63,620 bases of DNA, taken from assembly GCA_012838035.1 (NCBI GenBank), contig DUQB01000159.1, positions 1-63,620 on the forward strand, in the 5' to 3' direction. A model generated the notes under the pieces. That model saw nothing but the letters and a program-made list of their open reading frames with translations. It was not told the DNA's origin and ran no database searches. The translations under genes were made by a program, and so were the position numbers. This document shows, one piece after another, positions 10,431 through 19,980 of the stretch. Source of the stretch: Bacillota bacterium (GTDB taxonomy: Bacteria > Bacillota > Limnochordia > DTU080). Each line of letters starts with the position of its first letter. Position 1 is the stretch's first letter.

Positions 10431-11768
10431 TCAATAGCCTTCGTCTCTGGTTGAGCGGACCTTGATGCGTAAAGGCGTACCGACAAAACCGAATGCGGCG
10501 CGCAACTGGTTTTCCAAATAGCGCTCGTACGAGAAGTGCATCAAATCGGGGCGGTTAACGAAGAGTACTATGGTAGGCGGCTTAACGCTCACCTGTGCGC
10601 CATACATAATGCGCAGGCGCACGCCTTTGTCGTGTGGAGGTTCCCGCAAAGCGACGGCTTCATGTATCACCTCATTAAGGCGTCCGGTCGGCACTCTCAA
10701 GGCATGTTGCTGAGCCACATACTCAATGAGATCAAGCACGTCCTGTACACGTTTCCCCGTGAGCGCAGAGATGTAGACGATAGGTGCATACTGCATAAAA
10801 CGCAGATCCTGCCGAATACGTGCATCGTACGCTTTCATGGTGTTGCTGTCTTTTTCCACCAAATCCCACTTGTTTACTACAATTACACATGCTCGTCCGG
10901 CTTCATGGGCATTGCCCGCAATTCGGGCATCTTGTTCGGTAACGCCCTCGGTTGCGTCTATGATGACCAGACAGACGTCGCTGCGATCGATGGCCTTAAG
11001 AGCTCGGAGCACGCTATAATGCTCGACTGCTTCGTCTACCTTGGCACGGCGCCGTATACCCGCCGTATCAATTAGTGTGAAATGAGTGTCGCCTCGGCTG
11101 AAATCGGTGTCGATCGCATCGCGCGTGGTGCCGGGAATATTGCTGACGATGACGCGCTCGCGTCCCAAGATGGAGTTGATGAGAGAAGACTTACCTACAT
11201 TGGGTCTACCGATTACCGCCACCCGGATACGTTCATCTTCCTCCAACTGCGCCGGTTGCTCGGGAAGGTGACTGAATGCGGCATCGAGCATATCTCCTAT
11301 TCCGCGACCATGCGTGGCTGAAACGGTAATAGGGTCGCCGATGCCTAAGCTATAGAACTCGTAACTGTCCGCCTCAAGCTTGAGGTTATCCACCTTATTG
11401 ACCACCAAAAGAACCGGTTTTTGCGTTTGCCTTAACACTTGGGCTACTTCCCGGTCGGCAGAGGTAACCCCGTCTTTCACATCCACCACGAAGATGATGA
11501 TATCGGCTTCTTCTATAGCGAGCCTGGCCTGATACAGCGTTGCCGCCTCTATATCTCCCGTATCACCGAGTAAGATGCCTCCGGTGTCGATGAGCATGTA
11601 CGGGCGATTTAGCCACATACACTCTGCGTAAATACGATCCCGGGTAACGCCCGGTTGATTTTCCACAATAGAGATGCGCTCACCGGCCATTCGGTTAAAG
11701 AGCTCCGACTTACCCACATTGGGTCTGCCTACGATGGCAATAACTGGCTTCTGTTGCATGACGCTCAC
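10431..11768 (-). CDS. der: Ribosome biogenesis GTPase Der (EngA)
   Basis: Two tandem G domains (GRPNVGKS twice, DTGG and DTAG, NKVD and NKWD) and a KH-like C-terminal domain. Confidence 0.97.
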   Translation of the reverse strand: MSVMQQKPVIAIVGRPNVGKSELFNRMAGERISIVENQPGVTRDRIYAECMWLNRPYMLIDTGGILLGDTGDIEAATLYQARLAIEEADIIIFVVDVKDGVTSADREVAQVLRQTQKPVLLVVNKVDNLKLEADSYEFYSLGIGDPITVSATHGRGIGDMLDAAFSHLPEQPAQLEEDERIRVAVIGRPNVGKSSLINSILGRERVIVSNIPGTTRDAIDTDFSRGDTHFTLIDTAGIRRRAKVDEAVEHYSVLRALKAIDRSDVCLVIIDATEGVTEQDARIAGNAHEAGRACVIVVNKWDLVEKDSNTMKAYDARIRQDLRFMQYAPIVYISALTGKRVQDVLDLIEYVAQQHALRVPTGRLNEVIHEAVALREPPHDKGVRLRIMYGAQVSVKPPTIVLFVNRPDLMHFSYERYLENQLRAAFGFVGTPLRIKVRSTRDEGY

Positions 11769-11814
11769 TCCAAACTCCGTGCTGCAACCAATGCTTCTTC
11801 ACTATACCATTTTC

Positions 11815-13131
11815 TTACACGAACAAATGATCGATTAATTCTCGTGCACCGACTAACACGCGAACAGGCACCCCTAGCGCACTCTCTAATTGCGATACGG
11901 AGATTCCGTCTAGAAACACCGCAGCCCCGTGACGTCGTACCATCACTTCAGGAATTACCACTTCATCGCCCAGCGGTTGTCCGGCCAGTTGGTTGATGAT
12001 ATCTCCTCCGGTAACCAACCCTGTGGCGGTAATACTTTCACCAAAGAATTTGTTATTGACGATATGCATCCTGACCGGCGCGCCGAGACTTTGCAGCTGG
12101 TCCACCAAGTTACGCAATACTTTGGCGCCGAGTACGCCGGTTATTATACTTACGTTCTTATCGATAGGCGCCCTTCTTGCCATATCAGCGAGGGTTGTCT
12201 GCGTTTCTTGTAGAAAGAGGCGTGTAAGCCCCACTCCATTCTCAGCCTGTGGGAGAGACTCGTAAATGTCACGATCAGGTAACGGCAGATCGTGCTGCAC
12301 ATAAATTTCGTCAGCCGACCAGACAAAGCGGGTACCCAGTGTATGGACATACTCTGCCTGCCATTGCTCTACGCTCTCAACAAGCCTCTTTGCCTCGGCC
12401 TTTTCTAGAGGACGGAGCGTCGGTAATCCTGCGCGAAACCGGGTGATTCCGGCCGGTACAATGGCTACCGATTGTACTGTAGGGTAAAAACCGGCTAACT
12501 GCGTAATGGTGTAGGTCAGATGCTCACCATCGTTTATGTCGGGACAAAGGACCACCTGGGCATGAATTTGTATACCGTGCTTTTTGAAGAAATCCAGGTG
12601 TTCTACGATATGAGCGGCCCGCGGCGATTGCAGCATCTTGGCGCGCAATTCAGGTTCCATCGCGTGCACCGATACATATAAAGGAGAAAGACGGAGCTGC
12701 GCGATGCGTTGCCAATCCCGTTCGCGTAAATTGGTCAAAGTAATGAACTGCCCGTAGAGAAACGATAGCCGGTAATCATCGTCATACTCATATAGCGACT
12801 CGCGCAAATGAGTTGGGTTTTGATCGATAAAGCAGAATATGCAGCGGTTCGCGCAACGCCGCATGGCATCAAAGGTAGCCGCCGTAAACTCTATACCTAA
12901 ATCATCATCGTACTCTTTCTCAATCTCGATCTCCCATACGTCACCATTCGGCTTCAGTACGGTGATAGTAAGGTTCTCTGCGCTGGTGAGAAACTTATAG
13001 TCAATAAGGTCCTCCATCGTCCGGCCGTCTACATATACGATCCGGTCTCCCGGGGTGATCCCGACCTCTGCTGCGATCGAACTATCCGCTACTCCGGCCA
13101 CTACTGCGCCATGGCACGCTCTTTCTTGCAT
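11815..13131 (-). CDS. DUF512 / PDZ-containing putative radical-SAM Fe-S protein
   Basis: N-terminal PDZ-like segment, CANRCIFC (CxxxCxxC) motif, DDDYRLSFL, ENGVG. Confidence 0.85.
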   Translation of the reverse strand: MQERACHGAVVAGVADSSIAAEVGITPGDRIVYVDGRTMEDLIDYKFLTSAENLTITVLKPNGDVWEIEIEKEYDDDLGIEFTAATFDAMRRCANRCIFCFIDQNPTHLRESLYEYDDDYRLSFLYGQFITLTNLRERDWQRIAQLRLSPLYVSVHAMEPELRAKMLQSPRAAHIVEHLDFFKKHGIQIHAQVVLCPDINDGEHLTYTITQLAGFYPTVQSVAIVPAGITRFRAGLPTLRPLEKAEAKRLVESVEQWQAEYVHTLGTRFVWSADEIYVQHDLPLPDRDIYESLPQAENGVGLTRLFLQETQTTLADMARRAPIDKNVSIITGVLGAKVLRNLVDQLQSLGAPVRMHIVNNKFFGESITATGLVTGGDIINQLAGQPLGDEVVIPEVMVRRHGAAVFLDGISVSQLESALGVPVRVLVGARELIDHLFV

Positions 13132-13176
13132 ATGCCGCCTCCTGATTGCCGTTAGAGGCGAATTCTCCCTAACCTA

Positions 13177-13845
13177 TCACGACTCCTCTTTCTCCGTTTT
13201 TGCGTTTATCATCAGAACGCCCGAGGGTAATTCCGGCAGCAACCCGCGCTTAACTGCGCGTTCGGCCACCACACCGATATCGCTACCGTCAGAGGCCGTA
13301 ATGCCCGGTTGTTCCGCATGTTGCCGCACAGCTTCCTTCACCTCCGTTACAAACCGCACCAGCTGGGGAAATGCTTTGCGTGTACCGTAGAGTACCAACG
13401 GCCGGCCTATGGGTATCCATCCAAGCGCACGTGAAAGAAAACCGCCGATGCGCATCCACCAATTCACTGTGGGCAGAGTATTAAAGAAACGGATGCTACC
13501 AGGATCTCCTCCTACCAGGGCAATACCGCCGGCTAAAGCCCGTTCCACCGTTACGGCGGACGGTCCGCGCCCTAGTACATAGATACTGTGCCCTTCGCTA
13601 TCGACACCTACAAAGATGAGACACCCGTGGTGCTCTTTCGTAATACGATCAAATAACGGCAAAGCAAGTAACTCCTCATTGGTCGGCGTACGCTCAGGCT
13701 TCAGCACGCCTAAATGTATCGCCGCGGCAACTTGAGTGGAATGGGCGCCGCCGTAATCATCGTAAATGATCTTGATAGCATACCATACCTTTCCCGCAAG
13801 AAATAGGCCGATGACAGGAGCGCCGGCCTGCCATCCGATGCGCAC
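13177..13845 (-). CDS. DUF3189 family protein (start uncertain; the domain begins near 13776)
   Basis: KIIYDDYGGAHSTQVAAAIHLG and RIGGFLSR motifs typical of DUF3189. Confidence 0.75.
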   Translation of the reverse strand: MRIGWQAGAPVIGLFLAGKVWYAIKIIYDDYGGAHSTQVAAAIHLGVLKPERTPTNEELLALPLFDRITKEHHGCLIFVGVDSEGHSIYVLGRGPSAVTVERALAGGIALVGGDPGSIRFFNTLPTVNWWMRIGGFLSRALGWIPIGRPLVLYGTRKAFPQLVRFVTEVKEAVRQHAEQPGITASDGSDIGVVAERAVKRGLLPELPSGVLMINAKTEKEES

Positions 13846-13853
13846 GCCGTCCG

Positions 13854-14069
13854 CTAGTGTTTTACTACGATATAGGTGCCGTTGTCGAGATCATGCACCA
13901 TCCCCAAGGTAGCTTTGGCGATATATGTAGCCACCTTGACCAACTCCTCTTTATCCTTCACATAAAAAATAGGTACGCCGCCTTCTACCTTCTGGGTATG
14001 CATGGTGATGGCCGCGACGATATTATGCTTAATATCAATCTCCACTCTGCATTTCCCCTCTATGTTCAA
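13854..14069 (-). CDS. YIEGIA-associated small 'capping' protein
   Basis: 71 aa, GGVPIF motif, directly downstream of the YIEGIA gene. Confidence 0.75.
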   Translation of the reverse strand: MNIEGKCRVEIDIKHNIVAAITMHTQKVEGGVPIFYVKDKEELVKVATYIAKATLGMVHDLDNGTYIVVKH

Positions 14070-14089
14070 TTGCTCGGATGCTAATCCGC

Positions 14090-14992
14090 CTAATCGACCA
14101 GACGCCCGGCACGAGAGGCCAAGGGTTTTTTGCGAGCGCCCTCCAGAATAGGCACGTTGCGCACCGCCGTTAACAAGGCTTCAGGCTGAGGTTCGGAAGG
14201 GACGATCGCCATCACTACGCACCCGGTCGATATCTGACGTCGTACGAGCGGCGTATAATCCGGTTCGTCAATATCCTTGTGAATGCCTAGTTGACCTGCG
14301 GCATCATGGGCGATAGCTTGGCGCTGCCCTACATTGGCCAAGGTAGCTGTGGCATTAGGGTTTCTCGGTTTGATGATCACCCCTAGACCTTGTTTCCGAT
14401 ACACCTGGCGTACCGTTTCCAATCCAATATTCATGATGCGTACATCAGCTACAATCAGCATCGGCCCGTCAAACTCAATAGGTGCTATCTCTACATCCGC
14501 CACATCGCCGATCACTTGTCCTTGTACGACCGGTCTGATCAGCACCGGCAAAAGTGCGCCGAAAATCAGTGCGCACCCAAACTTAACGGCAGTGGCGCCA
14601 GGTGTAAGATAAGCTGTAAGCGAGGTTAGTAAAGCCGTTAATAAGGCGAGGTAATTGCGCGCCTCAAAAACTCGGGCAATTCCTTCGATGTACGCCTTTC
14701 CGCGGGGGACCAACTCCGTAGCTTCCATATTGCTCAGCGTCTCTCGTTCCAAGGTGCGTATTTCACGGAATTGCGTAGCAGCCAAAGCCAGAAATGTGGC
14801 TGCCTGGTAATCCTTGCTGATAATCGCCGGTACGGCTACCGCTCCTAAGAAAGCAGCGATCGCACCGAGCATCACATGGATGACGTAGCCTTGCGGATAG
14901 CTCGGATAGATGCGATAGTCGATCCGTAACAGGTAAATGCGCGCCCAAGTACCTGTAAGGATGGAAAGCACCACGACAGGTACCGAATTCAT
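14090..14992 (-). CDS. YIEGIA family membrane protein
   Basis: Literal YIEGIA motif, DYRIYPSYPQG, several transmembrane segments; ATG at 14992 follows a GGGGAG SD. Confidence 0.9.
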   Translation of the reverse strand: MNSVPVVVLSILTGTWARIYLLRIDYRIYPSYPQGYVIHVMLGAIAAFLGAVAVPAIISKDYQAATFLALAATQFREIRTLERETLSNMEATELVPRGKAYIEGIARVFEARNYLALLTALLTSLTAYLTPGATAVKFGCALIFGALLPVLIRPVVQGQVIGDVADVEIAPIEFDGPMLIVADVRIMNIGLETVRQVYRKQGLGVIIKPRNPNATATLANVGQRQAIAHDAAGQLGIHKDIDEPDYTPLVRRQISTGCVVMAIVPSEPQPEALLTAVRNVPILEGARKKPLASRAGRLVD

Positions 14993-15054
14993 AGCCTCAC
15001 TCCCCGGACAGCGGCAAGGTGCCACGCCATCTACGACAGACGATCAAATCACTT

Positions 15055-16182
15055 TTACTCTTCATCAGTCGACTGTTTTTCACCGGCTTCGCCCTGAGAG
15101 CCCAAACTCCCACCGACTTTGGCACCTAACAAGCCGCGTAATCCCTCTTTGTTGAGTAAGGCAAAACCGACAATGCCGACTAGAGCGATGCCTAAAACCC
15201 ACCAAAACGTACGCATAGCGCCGGAACCAATCTCTTTTTCCGCGGCCTCGGCGGTACCAGGAGCCATGCCTGCCGCAATCGGCAGCACCTTAGCCATCAG
15301 CTCAGCCGATTTCTTTGCTTCCTCCAAGGTGGTGGTGTGCGTACCGAACTCCAGCAATATGGTACGCGGGCCTATATCCTGGTTGTAGTTGCCTCGCGCA
15401 TGAAATATCCCTTTGATTAATCCCGGATACTCCTCGTCGGCAACAGCTTTAATCCGTTTGGCATAGGCCAAATTGGCATCACGGTTCTGATTTTGTTTAC
15501 CGACGACCAAACGGATCTGTGACATCTGCTCGCCATTAACGGTAGCGCGATACGAATTCGGATCAGGAATTGCATCACGGTGCACGTCTAGAATGGTTTG
15601 TGGCCGTGCTTTGGCGAACTCTGCAGCTACCCGACGGGAGCGAACATAAGCTTGCCCGTCATGGGGTAAAAAGACATCCTGGGAATAATCAACGTTGTAG
15701 CCTTCTTTTTCCAGTGCTTCGGCTAAAGCTTTTCCCACTTCATAGATATCCCCGCGCGGTGTCTTAGACTCCGTGCCACTGGTGGGTTTATACGATTCGG
15801 CGCTGTGAGTGTGATAGATCGCCACAGTGTTCTTATTCTGTTTGTTCTTGGCGCCGCCGACGGCGCTCACAGCCCACTCCAAGAATGCCGCAAGGCCCCC
15901 CTTAGGAGTGACGTCAGGCATTTTCTCCTTGCCGTCATAGCGTGCATAAACCGTATCGCCATCGAAGCGGTCTATGATGTAACGACTGTTGTCCTCAGCG
16001 ATGTACAAGTCACCTTTGCCGATGTCCCAAGCCGTCTCTGTTATAAACCTGCCATCTAAGTCCACTATGCGGTAGTACCCGCCGTCCGGACGTTCACCCC
16101 ACTCCTCTGCGATCTGGGCTTCGGCCTTTCCCATCAGGAAGACCAGACTCAAGCATACCAACCACAGACGGCATATCTTCAT
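15055..16182 (-). CDS. spoIIP: Stage II sporulation protein P (engulfment amidase/endopeptidase)
   Basis: IYHTHSAESY, LDVHRDA, YNQD and LLEFG motifs; N-terminal signal and a C-terminal TM helix. Confidence 0.88.
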   Translation of the reverse strand: MKICRLWLVCLSLVFLMGKAEAQIAEEWGERPDGGYYRIVDLDGRFITETAWDIGKGDLYIAEDNSRYIIDRFDGDTVYARYDGKEKMPDVTPKGGLAAFLEWAVSAVGGAKNKQNKNTVAIYHTHSAESYKPTSGTESKTPRGDIYEVGKALAEALEKEGYNVDYSQDVFLPHDGQAYVRSRRVAAEFAKARPQTILDVHRDAIPDPNSYRATVNGEQMSQIRLVVGKQNQNRDANLAYAKRIKAVADEEYPGLIKGIFHARGNYNQDIGPRTILLEFGTHTTTLEEAKKSAELMAKVLPIAAGMAPGTAEAAEKEIGSGAMRTFWWVLGIALVGIVGFALLNKEGLRGLLGAKVGGSLGSQGEAGEKQSTDEE

Positions 16183-16910
16183 GAGCGATCACCTCCGTCA
16201 TCAGATCCGAACTTATTGCTCTCAGCTTCATCCGCAACGCCTTCATCGACACGTAATGCAAGAGGCCGATCAGCGCCTAGTTCCGGACCACCTTGGATGC
16301 GCTCCCGCGATTCGCCAATCAATTCCGCTAACCCGACAGCAATTACGCCTGCTAACACCGTCGCGTCGAGTACGCCCGCGCCGCCTAAAGCGACCGTGCT
16401 GGGTAAACCGCGCAGTAACACCTGAGTAAGGTAGACCAGATCCGCTAAGATGATGCCCAGCGTTCCCGCCACAAAGGCAGCACGCCGAGAACGACCCAAA
16501 ACGTAGGCCACTAAGCCGCCGATAAGACTATATAGCCAAAGGGAGTCGATAAATCCGGTTTGCCCACCTTCTGGTCCAAAATCGGTGATGGACGCGATCC
16601 CCCAAATAGCGGCGCTGGTACCTACGGCTGCCAGCAGGGAGCGCACACGTTCCCAGGTGGTACCAGCTTTTACAATGAGGTACACGGCAATGGCCAGTGG
16701 GACAGCAAACCCCCCTAGGTTTATCGACACCTGCGCTTGTCCGGCGGGTATGGAGATAGAAACGAAACTACCCAAGATCATTAGCGCCAGAAAGAGTATC
16801 GCCTGCGTGTCCGTAAGGCGCATTCGATCTAGTATCCGCTCTGCAAAACCAAAGTAGACTGCTACTGTTAACACAAACAGAAGGATCAATCCGAACGACA
16901 AAGACGTCAC
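16179..16910 (-). CDS. DUF1614 family membrane protein
   Basis: SINLGGFAVP, GTLGIILAD and LGGAGVLD motifs; multi-TM. Confidence 0.75.
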   Translation of the reverse strand: MTSLSFGLILLFVLTVAVYFGFAERILDRMRLTDTQAILFLALMILGSFVSISIPAGQAQVSINLGGFAVPLAIAVYLIVKAGTTWERVRSLLAAVGTSAAIWGIASITDFGPEGGQTGFIDSLWLYSLIGGLVAYVLGRSRRAAFVAGTLGIILADLVYLTQVLLRGLPSTVALGGAGVLDATVLAGVIAVGLAELIGESRERIQGGPELGADRPLALRVDEGVADEAESNKFGSDDGGDRS

Positions 16911-16970
16911 ATCCTCCCTTTTAGCCTTGATATGATTTAGCTTTACCAGGGAAACGCAAGGTTAGCCAAC

Positions 16971-17015
16971 AAAAAAGTCAACCCGGACACCAACTGGTGT
17001 CCGGGTTGCTTTTTT
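16971..17015. terminator. Bidirectional-type intrinsic terminator after rpsA
   Basis: 12-bp arms AACCCGGACACC/GGTGTCCGGGTT flanked by A and T runs. Confidence 0.8.
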
Positions 17016-17037
17016 ACTATTATTCCAGACTGACGAC

Positions 17038-18438
17038 CTATTGCTCGTCTTGTTCGTCGTCGTCCTGATTCTCCTCGATATATGCGGACAGACCGGGGAA
17101 ACGATCACCGATGGTCTCTTGTCCGGCATCGCCGAAAGTGGTCTGTTCCGGTTCCCGTGCCTTACCCCTGCTCCCCTTCGCCGCTTTGGTTTCTTTGTTC
17201 TCTTTGGGCTCCCGCTCGGTCTTGGGGAGAGCTTCGCGTATGGAGAGACCAATGCGGCGTGCCCGCTCGTCCAGGGACACAATCTTAGCGGTTACGACGT
17301 CGCCCGGTGATACTACATCGCCGGCGGCGTTGACGCGATAATCCGCCAGTTGCGAAATATGGACCAAGCCTTCAATACCGTCCGCCAGTTTGACGAAAGC
17401 GCCGAAGTCCACCACCCGGGTAACTTCGCCTTCTACAATTTCACCAACCACGAACTTCTGACCTACGGTCTCCCAAGGATCGGGTGTGGTCTCTTTCAGT
17501 GACAAGGAGATGCGTTCGTTCTCGCGATCTACCTTAAGGACCATGACGTCAATAACATCACCTTCATTGACGACATCCGACGGATGTTTGACCCGGCTCC
17601 ACGCCATTTCACTGACATGGAGGAGTCCTTCAACGCCTGAACCGATATCCACAAATGCGCCGAAGTCGGTGATTCTGCGCACGGTTCCCTGCACAATGGT
17701 ACCCTCGGTGAGATCGGCAAAGGTTGCTTCCTTGGCGCGAGCGTACTCTTCCTCGAGGACCAGCTTATGCGAGAGCACGACATTGTTGCGCTGCTTGTCG
17801 ATTTCAATAATCTTAAAGAGCAAAGTCTGCCCGACATACTTCTCAAGGTCTTCCACATAGCCGCGAGACACATGAGAGGCAGGAACGAATCCGCGCACAC
17901 CGACGTCAACCAGTAATCCGCCCTTAATACGTCCGGTGACGGTGGCTTCTATGGATTCGTCCGCTTCTTTGGCAGCTTCCAGCTTCTCCCAGACAACGCG
18001 GCTGAGAGCACGCCTTCTGGACAAGACTACGCTACCCTCTGCATCTTCTTCGACTTGCAGCACCATAACATCGATCTCGTCATCGACATTGACGACGTCC
18101 GATGGTTTTTGTCCGCTACGCAGGCCCAGTTCTGCCAGGGGGATACGACCCTCTGACTTGTACCCGACATCGACCATTACTTCGTCCTCGCTTACCAGAA
18201 TGACGCGGCCTTTTACGATACTGCCGGCTTCTAAAGCGGGAAAAGCCTCGTCGTACTGCCCGGAAGCGGTGTCGCCAGCGTCTTCGTCGCTCACACCCTC
18301 TGCGGGAGGTTCGCCTGTGGGAGCTACATCCGCTTCCGCAGGAGCTTCGGCGATTTGGCTTTCTTGTACTACATCTTGGCTTTCGCCTGCTGTAGTGACT
18401 TCTGCTTCCTTCTCAAGTTCGTCGCGTACATCAGTCAT
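17038..18438 (-). CDS. rpsA: 30S ribosomal protein S1 (four S1 domains, acidic extensions)
   Basis: Repeated S1 motifs (KGGLLVD.GVRGFVP, DFGAFVDIG..EGLLHVSE, DFGAFVKL..GIEGLVHISQ). Confidence 0.93.
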   Translation of the reverse strand: MTDVRDELEKEAEVTTAGESQDVVQESQIAEAPAEADVAPTGEPPAEGVSDEDAGDTASGQYDEAFPALEAGSIVKGRVILVSEDEVMVDVGYKSEGRIPLAELGLRSGQKPSDVVNVDDEIDVMVLQVEEDAEGSVVLSRRRALSRVVWEKLEAAKEADESIEATVTGRIKGGLLVDVGVRGFVPASHVSRGYVEDLEKYVGQTLLFKIIEIDKQRNNVVLSHKLVLEEEYARAKEATFADLTEGTIVQGTVRRITDFGAFVDIGSGVEGLLHVSEMAWSRVKHPSDVVNEGDVIDVMVLKVDRENERISLSLKETTPDPWETVGQKFVVGEIVEGEVTRVVDFGAFVKLADGIEGLVHISQLADYRVNAAGDVVSPGDVVTAKIVSLDERARRIGLSIREALPKTEREPKENKETKAAKGSRGKAREPEQTTFGDAGQETIGDRFPGLSAYIEENQDDDEQDEQ

Positions 18439-18567
18439 GTTCGTTCATTACCCCCTAAACCTTACCTAAAAAACTTTGTCCGGTTGTTGCTCATTTCCGA
18501 GATCTCACTCGGGCACCCACGCGTAGTATGCGCCTGAGTCATAAAAAATGTTACATTCCTGCTTCCT

Positions 18568-18592
18568 ATTCGTCCTTTAGAGGCGGACTCCT
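18568..18592 (-). promoter_or_regulatory. Sigma-H-like promoter upstream of rpsA
   Basis: AGGA-N17-GAAT. Confidence 0.45.
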
Positions 18593-18631
18593 TCCTAATA
18601 AAGCAAATCAGTTGGATTCACAAAGGAAATT

Positions 18632-19252
18632 TTAACGTTTCTTCCGTTTCGGTATCATAGCCTCAATGGCCTCTATGATTCTTGCACTGGCTGACGCTAC
18701 TATTTCATGATTGACTTTATCGACCTTTGTAAAATATATCGGTGCCCCAAATCGTACGCCGATGCGTACAGGCTTGGGAAAATGCAGCCAACCGTCCACT
18801 CTATCGGTACCCCAGATGGCCGCCGGCACTACGGGTACATCGGCCTTGAGCGCCAACATGGCGGCGCCGCCTTGTGGGGTAAGCAATTCACCGGTATCCG
18901 AGCGATTGCGTGTGCCTTCAGGAAACACCCCAAGAACATCGCCACGCATTAATATATCCAGACCTTTGCGAATAGCTTGCCGGTCTGCGCCTCCTCTGCG
19001 TACGGGAAAAGCCCCCAGACGAACGGCAACCTGCTTAATAACGGGAATCTTAAAGATTTCAGCCTTCGCCATGAAGTACACTTGGCGGCTACATCCTACA
19101 CCCATCACAAAAGGGTCCAGATAACTCATGTGATTTCCGGCGAGCACAAAACCACCTTCGGTAGGGATGTGCTCAGCTCCTTCAACCGACATGCGAAAAT
19201 ATGTACGTAAGAAAATGTTTACAAGCCCGCGGCAAAATCGGTAAAAGCGCAA
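18632..19252 (-). CDS. plsC: 1-acyl-sn-glycerol-3-phosphate acyltransferase
   Basis: NHMSYLD (HxxxxD), FPVRRG, FPEGTRN; TTG at 19252 is 7 nt after GGAGG. Confidence 0.92.
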   Translation of the reverse strand: MRFYRFCRGLVNIFLRTYFRMSVEGAEHIPTEGGFVLAGNHMSYLDPFVMGVGCSRQVYFMAKAEIFKIPVIKQVAVRLGAFPVRRGGADRQAIRKGLDILMRGDVLGVFPEGTRNRSDTGELLTPQGGAAMLALKADVPVVPAAIWGTDRVDGWLHFPKPVRIGVRFGAPIYFTKVDKVNHEIVASASARIIEAIEAMIPKRKKR

Positions 19253-19283
19253 AATGCAACCTCCCAGGCGGATGATCCCGGGT

Positions 19284-19964
19284 TTATTCGGGCATCCGCG
19301 ATTGACAAAGCGCCAACACACGCTCAATCACTGCGTCGAGCGAGAGAGCGGTGGTATCTATGAGCACGGCATCAGGCGCCTGTACTAAGGGCGATACGGG
19401 TCGGCGACGATCTGCTTCGTCCCGAGCGGCGATCTCCTGAACAATATTCGTTCGATCGCGCAAAATTCCTCTATCTGCCAATTCAATTTGGCGCCGCCGC
19501 GCTCGTTCTTCCAGCTGAGCCGTGAGGAATATCTTCACTTCCGCCTGGGGAAATACAACGGTACCGATATCGCGGCCATCCATAACCACGCCGCCTTGTC
19601 GTGCGAGGCGACGTTGCTCGGTAAACAGGAGTTCGCGGACGGCCCGATATCCGGAAACGGTAGCCACTGCGGCAGTAACCGCCGCATCACGCAGGTGTCC
19701 GGTTACATCCTCGTCATTGACCAGCACCCGGAAAGTGTCACCTTCTGCCATCATATCGATACGATAATCGGCTATCGCCTGCTCTACTCGCTCTTCTACC
19801 GAAATATCCACTCCCGCTTGCAGCAGCTTAAAGGTAAGCGCCCGATACATTGCGCCCGTATCGATGTGCACATACCTCAGCCGTTTGGCTACTGCCTTGG
19901 CCACCGTGCTCTTTCCGGCGCCTGCCGGGCCGTCGATGGCCACCACGATGCCTCGCTTAGTCAC
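19284..19964 (-). CDS. cmk: Cytidylate kinase
   Basis: IDGPAGAGKST, DTGAMYR, VMDGRDIGTVVFP; GTG start after a GGGGAG SD (the ORF track over-extends the N-terminus). Confidence 0.96.
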   Translation of the reverse strand: MTKRGIVVAIDGPAGAGKSTVAKAVAKRLRYVHIDTGAMYRALTFKLLQAGVDISVEERVEQAIADYRIDMMAEGDTFRVLVNDEDVTGHLRDAAVTAAVATVSGYRAVRELLFTEQRRLARQGGVVMDGRDIGTVVFPQAEVKIFLTAQLEERARRRQIELADRGILRDRTNIVQEIAARDEADRRRPVSPLVQAPDAVLIDTTALSLDAVIERVLALCQSRMPE

Positions 19965-19980
19965 CCTAACTCCCCCATAC

